Shown piece after piece: positions 59,910 through 64,000 of a stretch of 64,000 bases of DNA. How positions within the stretch are numbered: the stretch's first letter is position 1; every line of letters begins with the position of its first letter. The DNA is from Rhodanobacteraceae bacterium (lineage in GTDB: Bacteria; Pseudomonadota; Gammaproteobacteria; Xanthomonadales; Rhodanobacteraceae): the NCBI GenBank assembly GCA_050737995.1, contig JBOHYR010000066.1, positions 41,864-105,863 on the forward strand, read 5' to 3'. Under the pieces are notes generated by a model, which was not told the DNA's origin, did no database searches, and saw only the letters and a list, made by a program, of their open reading frames with translations. Position numbers and translations under genes: made by a program.

Positions 59910-61439
59910 ATGCAAACCAACAGCATTGCCGCGACCAAGGATCCGGTATCCATCGTCCACTTCATCAACGGTCAGCGAGCCCCTGGTACGGGCGAGCGCA
60001 CAGAGGACGTCTACAATCCTGCCACTGGAGAAGTCACCGGCAGACTGCATATCGCGGACCAAAATGACGTGGACCGTATCGTCAAGACGGCCAAACAAGC
60101 TGGCCTTGCATGGGCAGAGACGTCGCTGACCGCACGTACCCGTGTCCTGTTCAATTTTCGCGAGCGACTCGCGGCGGCAACGGATGAGTTGGCTGCGATT
60201 ATCACAGCCGAACACGGCAAGGTGCTCGCCGACGCCAAGGGTGAAATCGCTCGTGGGTTGGAGACGGTGGAATTCGCGTGCGGCCTGATCGAGCAATTGA
60301 AGGGCGGCTATTCGAGCCAAATATCGACGGACATCGATGTATTTTCTATCCGTGAACCCTTGGGTGTCGTCGCCGGTATAACCCCGTTCAACTTCCCGGC
60401 GATGGTGCCGTTGTGGATGGCGCCCGTTGCGATCGCGACTGGGAATGCATTCATCCTCAAACCTTCGCCGCGCGACCCGTCGGCGTCACTGGTATTGGCG
60501 CGCCTGTGGCAGGAAGCGGGACTGCCAGACGGCGTGTTCAGCGTCTTGCAAGGCGACAAAGAGGCCGTTGACGGATTGTTGGCACATCCCGACGTCGATG
60601 GCATTTCATTTGTTGGATCCACGCCAATCGCCAAGTACGTGCATCAAACAGCAACCGCCCATGGCAAGCGAGTGCAGGCGTTGGGTGGCGCGAAGAATCA
60701 TGCTGTTATCCTGCCGGATGCCAACATGGATCTCGCGGCTGACCACCTCAGCGCTGCAGCTTTTGGCTCGGCCGGACAGCGTTGCATGGCCATCTCAGTA
60801 GCCGTAGCCGTTGGCAAAGCGGCCGACGCGCTGGTTAACGAAGTGGTGGACCGTGCGGGCAAAATCACCGTCAACGAGGGCACCAACAGCAAGTCGGACA
60901 TGGGACCGCTCATCAGCCCGCAAGCCAAGGATCGGGTCATTCGGATCGTGAGCGAGGCCGAGAGGGACGGAGCCAAGATCACCGTGGACGGGCGTGGTCT
61001 CGTAGTCAAGGGTCATGAGCACGGTTTCTTCGTTGGCCCGACGGTGGTAGATCGGGTGGCAACTGGAATGAGCGTCTACCGTGAGGAAGTCTTCGGCCCT
61101 GTCCTCTCGGTGATGCGTGTCGCCAACGTCGATGATGCCATCAGTTTGATCAACGCCAATCCCTACGGCAACGGCACCGGCATCTTCACCAGTTCCGGCG
61201 CGTATGCGCGCAAGTTCCAGCGAGGTGTGAAGGTTGGCATGGTCGGAATCAACGTTCCCATTCCCGTGCCCATCGCTTGGTACAGCTTCGGCGGATGGAA
61301 CGACTCGTTGTTCGGCGACCTTCACATATACGGATCCGATGGTGTGCGTTTCTACACACGCAAGAAAGTCGTGACGCAGCGCTGGCCCGAGTCCGAGCAC
61401 GCTTCGGGCGCATCATTCGCGTTCCCGTCATCCCACTAA
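59910..61439 (+). CDS. mmsA: CoA-acylating methylmalonate/malonate-semialdehyde dehydrogenase
   Basis: MmsA hallmarks: catalytic GQRCMA, GINVPIPVPIAWYSFGGW, and the FYTRKKVVTQRW tail. Confidence 0.9.
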   Translation: MQTNSIAATKDPVSIVHFINGQRAPGTGERTEDVYNPATGEVTGRLHIADQNDVDRIVKTAKQAGLAWAETSLTARTRVLFNFRERLAAATDELAAIITAEHGKVLADAKGEIARGLETVEFACGLIEQLKGGYSSQISTDIDVFSIREPLGVVAGITPFNFPAMVPLWMAPVAIATGNAFILKPSPRDPSASLVLARLWQEAGLPDGVFSVLQGDKEAVDGLLAHPDVDGISFVGSTPIAKYVHQTATAHGKRVQALGGAKNHAVILPDANMDLAADHLSAAAFGSAGQRCMAISVAVAVGKAADALVNEVVDRAGKITVNEGTNSKSDMGPLISPQAKDRVIRIVSEAERDGAKITVDGRGLVVKGHEHGFFVGPTVVDRVATGMSVYREEVFGPVLSVMRVANVDDAISLINANPYGNGTGIFTSSGAYARKFQRGVKVGMVGINVPIPVPIAWYSFGGWNDSLFGDLHIYGSDGVRFYTRKKVVTQRWPESEHASGASFAFPSSH

Positions 61440-61649
61440 TGGGTCAGAGTTTGGATGGAACAGTCATGGTGAGTGGTCGATGGCAAGTTGTGGATGACGC
61501 CCAGGGCTTTGTAGCAGCCAATGGCGCAACAAGCCGGGCTTCGCGTGCCCGTCCGGTTCGGTCGCGTAGCTTGTTGGTTTCGGCGTACGCGGGCGAAGCT
61601 CCTGACGTCACGCAAGCTTCGCGCGTTGCTAGAAATATGGGGTTCGGTC

Positions 61650-63146
61650 ATGGCTAATAAGGTGTCCGCGGGTTCCGTCAGCGATCTACTGCAAAGCGAA
61701 TTTGGTGTGGACAGCACCCGCAACTTCATCGATGGTAAGTGGCGTCGTCCGGAGTCCGGCAATACTTGGCCCATCGAAAATCCCTCGACCGGCGAAACGG
61801 CCGGTCAGATCGCGCGTGGTTCCACCAAAGACATCGACGACGCGCTCCGTGCCGCTCGCAAGGTCCAGCAAGGCGCCTGGGGGTTCATGACCGCCACGGA
61901 ACGTGGTCGCATCATGATGAAGGTCTCGCAGCTGGTATTGGAACGAGCCGACAGCCTGGCGCGGATCGAGGCGCTTGACGTCGGTAAGCCACTTGGCCAG
62001 TCGCTCACAGACGCCAAAGCACTGGCCCGTTACTTCGAGTTCTATGCCGGTGCGGCCGACAAGCTCATGGGCTACACGGTGCCCTATCAGGCCGGCTTCG
62101 TGGTCCGCGTCGAACGTGAACCCTACGGTGTGGTGGCGATCATCATCCCCTGGAATTATCCCATGCAGATCATCGGGCGCGCAGTCGGCGGTGCGCTCGC
62201 GGCGGGCAATGCCGTAGTCATCAAGCCATCGGAAGACGCCTCGGCTACGACCTTGGCCGTTGCGGCAATCGCGCACGAAGCCGGCCTGCCGCGTGGCGCC
62301 CTGAATGTTGTCTGCGGGCTGGGTGGTGAAGTTGGCTCCGCGTTGTCCGGACACCCGGGCGCAGACTACGTGTCCTTCACCGGTTCGGTCAAAACAGGGA
62401 GCCTGATCCAGGCCGCTGCGGCGCGCAACGTCCGGCCGATCAGCCTCGAACTCGGGGGCAAGTCGCCACACATCGTGTTCGACGACTGCGATCTCGACCA
62501 CGCGATGCCGACGCTCGTTGGTGCATGCATGCAGAATGCCGGGCAGACGTGTTCGGCCGCCTCCCGGGTGCTTGTGCAGCGCGGCGTCTACGATGAAGTG
62601 AAGCGGCGCATGGCGGAGATATACTCCGGCCTCACCGCCGGGCCGGCTATGGAGAACTATGACCTTGGCCCGATCATCTCCGCGATGCAGCAGGCGCGGG
62701 TCACCGGCTACATCGACGCCGGCAAGGCGGACCTCCACGTCGCCGCCGAAGGTTCGATCGCGAGCGGCGCGCCCAAGTCCGGGCACTATGTGCGTGCGAC
62801 GCTGTTTTCCGAAGTGCCCGCCAGTCACAAGCTGTTTCAGGAAGAAGTGTTCGGACCGGTGCAGGTGCTGACGCCGTTCAAGGACGAAGAGGAAGCGGTG
62901 TGTCTGGCCAACGGCACCCCGTACGGGCTTGTCGCCGGCGTGTGGACCCGCGATGGCGGCCGCCAGATGCGCATGGCGCGCCGGCTTCGCTGTGGGCAGG
63001 TGTTCGTGAACAACTACGGTGCGGGTGGCGGCATCGAGCTGCCATTCGGCGGCGTGGGAGCATCCGGTCACGGACGCGAGAAGGGCTTCGAAGCGCTTTA
63101 TGAATTTACCCAGCTGAAGACGATCACGACTTTCCATGGTGCGTGA
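61650..63146 (+). CDS. NAD(P)-dependent aldehyde dehydrogenase family protein
   Basis: SFTGS, ELGGKSP, catalytic Cys in GQTCSAASR, and EEVFGPV. The ATG at 61650 was preferred over the 61521 run-on. Confidence 0.88.
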   Translation: MANKVSAGSVSDLLQSEFGVDSTRNFIDGKWRRPESGNTWPIENPSTGETAGQIARGSTKDIDDALRAARKVQQGAWGFMTATERGRIMMKVSQLVLERADSLARIEALDVGKPLGQSLTDAKALARYFEFYAGAADKLMGYTVPYQAGFVVRVEREPYGVVAIIIPWNYPMQIIGRAVGGALAAGNAVVIKPSEDASATTLAVAAIAHEAGLPRGALNVVCGLGGEVGSALSGHPGADYVSFTGSVKTGSLIQAAAARNVRPISLELGGKSPHIVFDDCDLDHAMPTLVGACMQNAGQTCSAASRVLVQRGVYDEVKRRMAEIYSGLTAGPAMENYDLGPIISAMQQARVTGYIDAGKADLHVAAEGSIASGAPKSGHYVRATLFSEVPASHKLFQEEVFGPVQVLTPFKDEEEAVCLANGTPYGLVAGVWTRDGGRQMRMARRLRCGQVFVNNYGAGGGIELPFGGVGASGHGREKGFEALYEFTQLKTITTFHGA

Positions 63147-63325
63147 GGCGGCGCGCGACTGTCGGATTGCAGGAAGAAATCTGCACAGGGTTCGCTTATG
63201 GCCGCCGTGTTGGCGTGGCGTCGATTGTCGGGGCGGTCGATCAGCCGTCAGCTTGGGTGTGTACGCCGAATGAATGCAACGTTCGTCACTCGCGAAACGA
63301 TTATCTAACACAAGGAAACCGCACC

Positions 63326-64000
63326 ATGCACCAATCACGTTTAGTTCCTAGACTTGTCGCGGCCCTGATCCTGTGCACGATTGCTGGGGCGACCGCCGCG
63401 GTGGCCGCGCCAGCGCCGGTGACCACGGCGAAGCCCGGGTTGACGGACACCATCGTAGACGTTCCCGGTATCGAGGTTGGCCAATACCAGCAGGACAAGG
63501 ACGGCTTTCTGACCGGCACGACGGTGGTATATGCGCCCGGCAGAGCAGTCGCCGGGGTGGATGTCGCCGGCGGCGCCCCCGGTACCCGCGAAACCGACCT
63601 GCTCGCACCCGACGAACTGGTGCAGCATGTGAACGCCATTGTGTTGAGTGGCGGCAGCTCATATGGGCTGATTTCCGCATACGGCGTCATGGATTGGCTG
63701 CGCGAACACAAGCAGGGTTTCCGCGTCGGCAAGGATCCATCCGATGTGGTGCCGATCGTGCCAGGGGCGATCATTTTCGATCTTGGACGCGGCGGCCGTT
63801 TTACTGCGACGCCGACGCCGGAGTTCGGCTATAAGGCCATTTCCTCTGCGAGTACCGCAGCGGTAAAGCAGGGCACGGTTGGTGCCGGCACCGGCGCCTT
63901 CTCAGGTCCCCTGAAGGGCGGTGTCGGTTCGGCCAGCGTGGTCTTGCCGAACGGTTACGTCGTGGGTGCCATCGTTGTACTCAACAGCGCCGGCAGCACC
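63326..64000 (+). CDS. Secreted P1/S58 family peptidase (DmpA/BapA-like aminopeptidase), 3' partial at window end
   Basis: This ORF is not in the supplied track because it has no stop in the window. The ATG at 63326 has an AAGGAA SD. The signal peptide is MHQSRLVPRLVAALILCTIAGATAAVAAPA. GTRETDLL and NAIVLSGGSSYGL motifs are typical of the S58 family. Confidence 0.75.
   Translation, partial: MHQSRLVPRLVAALILCTIAGATAAVAAPAPVTTAKPGLTDTIVDVPGIEVGQYQQDKDGFLTGTTVVYAPGRAVAGVDVAGGAPGTRETDLLAPDELVQHVNAIVLSGGSSYGLISAYGVMDWLREHKQGFRVGKDPSDVVPIVPGAIIFDLGRGGRFTATPTPEFGYKAISSASTAAVKQGTVGAGTGAFSGPLKGGVGSASVVLPNGYVVGAIVVLNSAGST

Noticed and set aside
61686-63338. 550-aa ORF on the minus strand
   Set aside because: It is antisense to the aldehyde dehydrogenase gene, which carries the catalytic ALDH motifs.

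Overview
This is a high-GC bacterial chromosome segment. Hand counts of core 60-nt samples give about 62-68% G+C. Gene content and order look gammaproteobacterial, Xanthomonadales/Lysobacterales-like, but the taxon call is low confidence. Long antisense ORFs are frequent, as expected at this GC, and were ignored.

Most of the window (1-52.7 kb) is conserved housekeeping:
- lptG-lptF divergent from pepA
- a yceI / cytochrome b561 / yceI operon
- sdaA, def, valS
- the complete cell-shape cluster mreBCD-mrdA-rodA
- dusA and a PepSY / OmpR-type regulator / PhoQ-like kinase operon
- birA-coaX-SPOR followed by tRNA-Thr(TGT)
- an Hpt / arginase / PAS-GGDEF group
- aspS and yebC-ruvC-ruvA, with two tandem kup K+ transporters inserted before ruvB
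- the full ybgC-tolQRAB-pal-cpoB cluster, queC and tRNA-Lys(TTT)

Signs of gene decay:
- a frameshifted phosphoesterase
- a degraded type II secretion cluster: a multiply frameshifted, 5'-truncated gspF next to an intact-looking gspG
- a truncated propeller-sensor fragment abutting pepA
- a 5' stub of a TonB-dependent receptor

The accessory-looking part starts right after tRNA-Lys (52.7 kb to the window end). It holds a LysR regulator, a markedly lower-GC TonB-dependent receptor, a class III aminotransferase, an MmsA-type semialdehyde dehydrogenase, a second aldehyde dehydrogenase and a signal-peptide-bearing S58 (DmpA/BapA-like) aminopeptidase. I interpret this as a candidate TonB-dependent beta-aminopeptide / beta-alanine utilisation locus. 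That is my best candidate for an undescribed system, but it rests on inference only.

I found no CRISPR array, transposase, integrase, restriction-modification or toxin-antitoxin module. All family assignments rest on motifs read by eye. No database search was possible.
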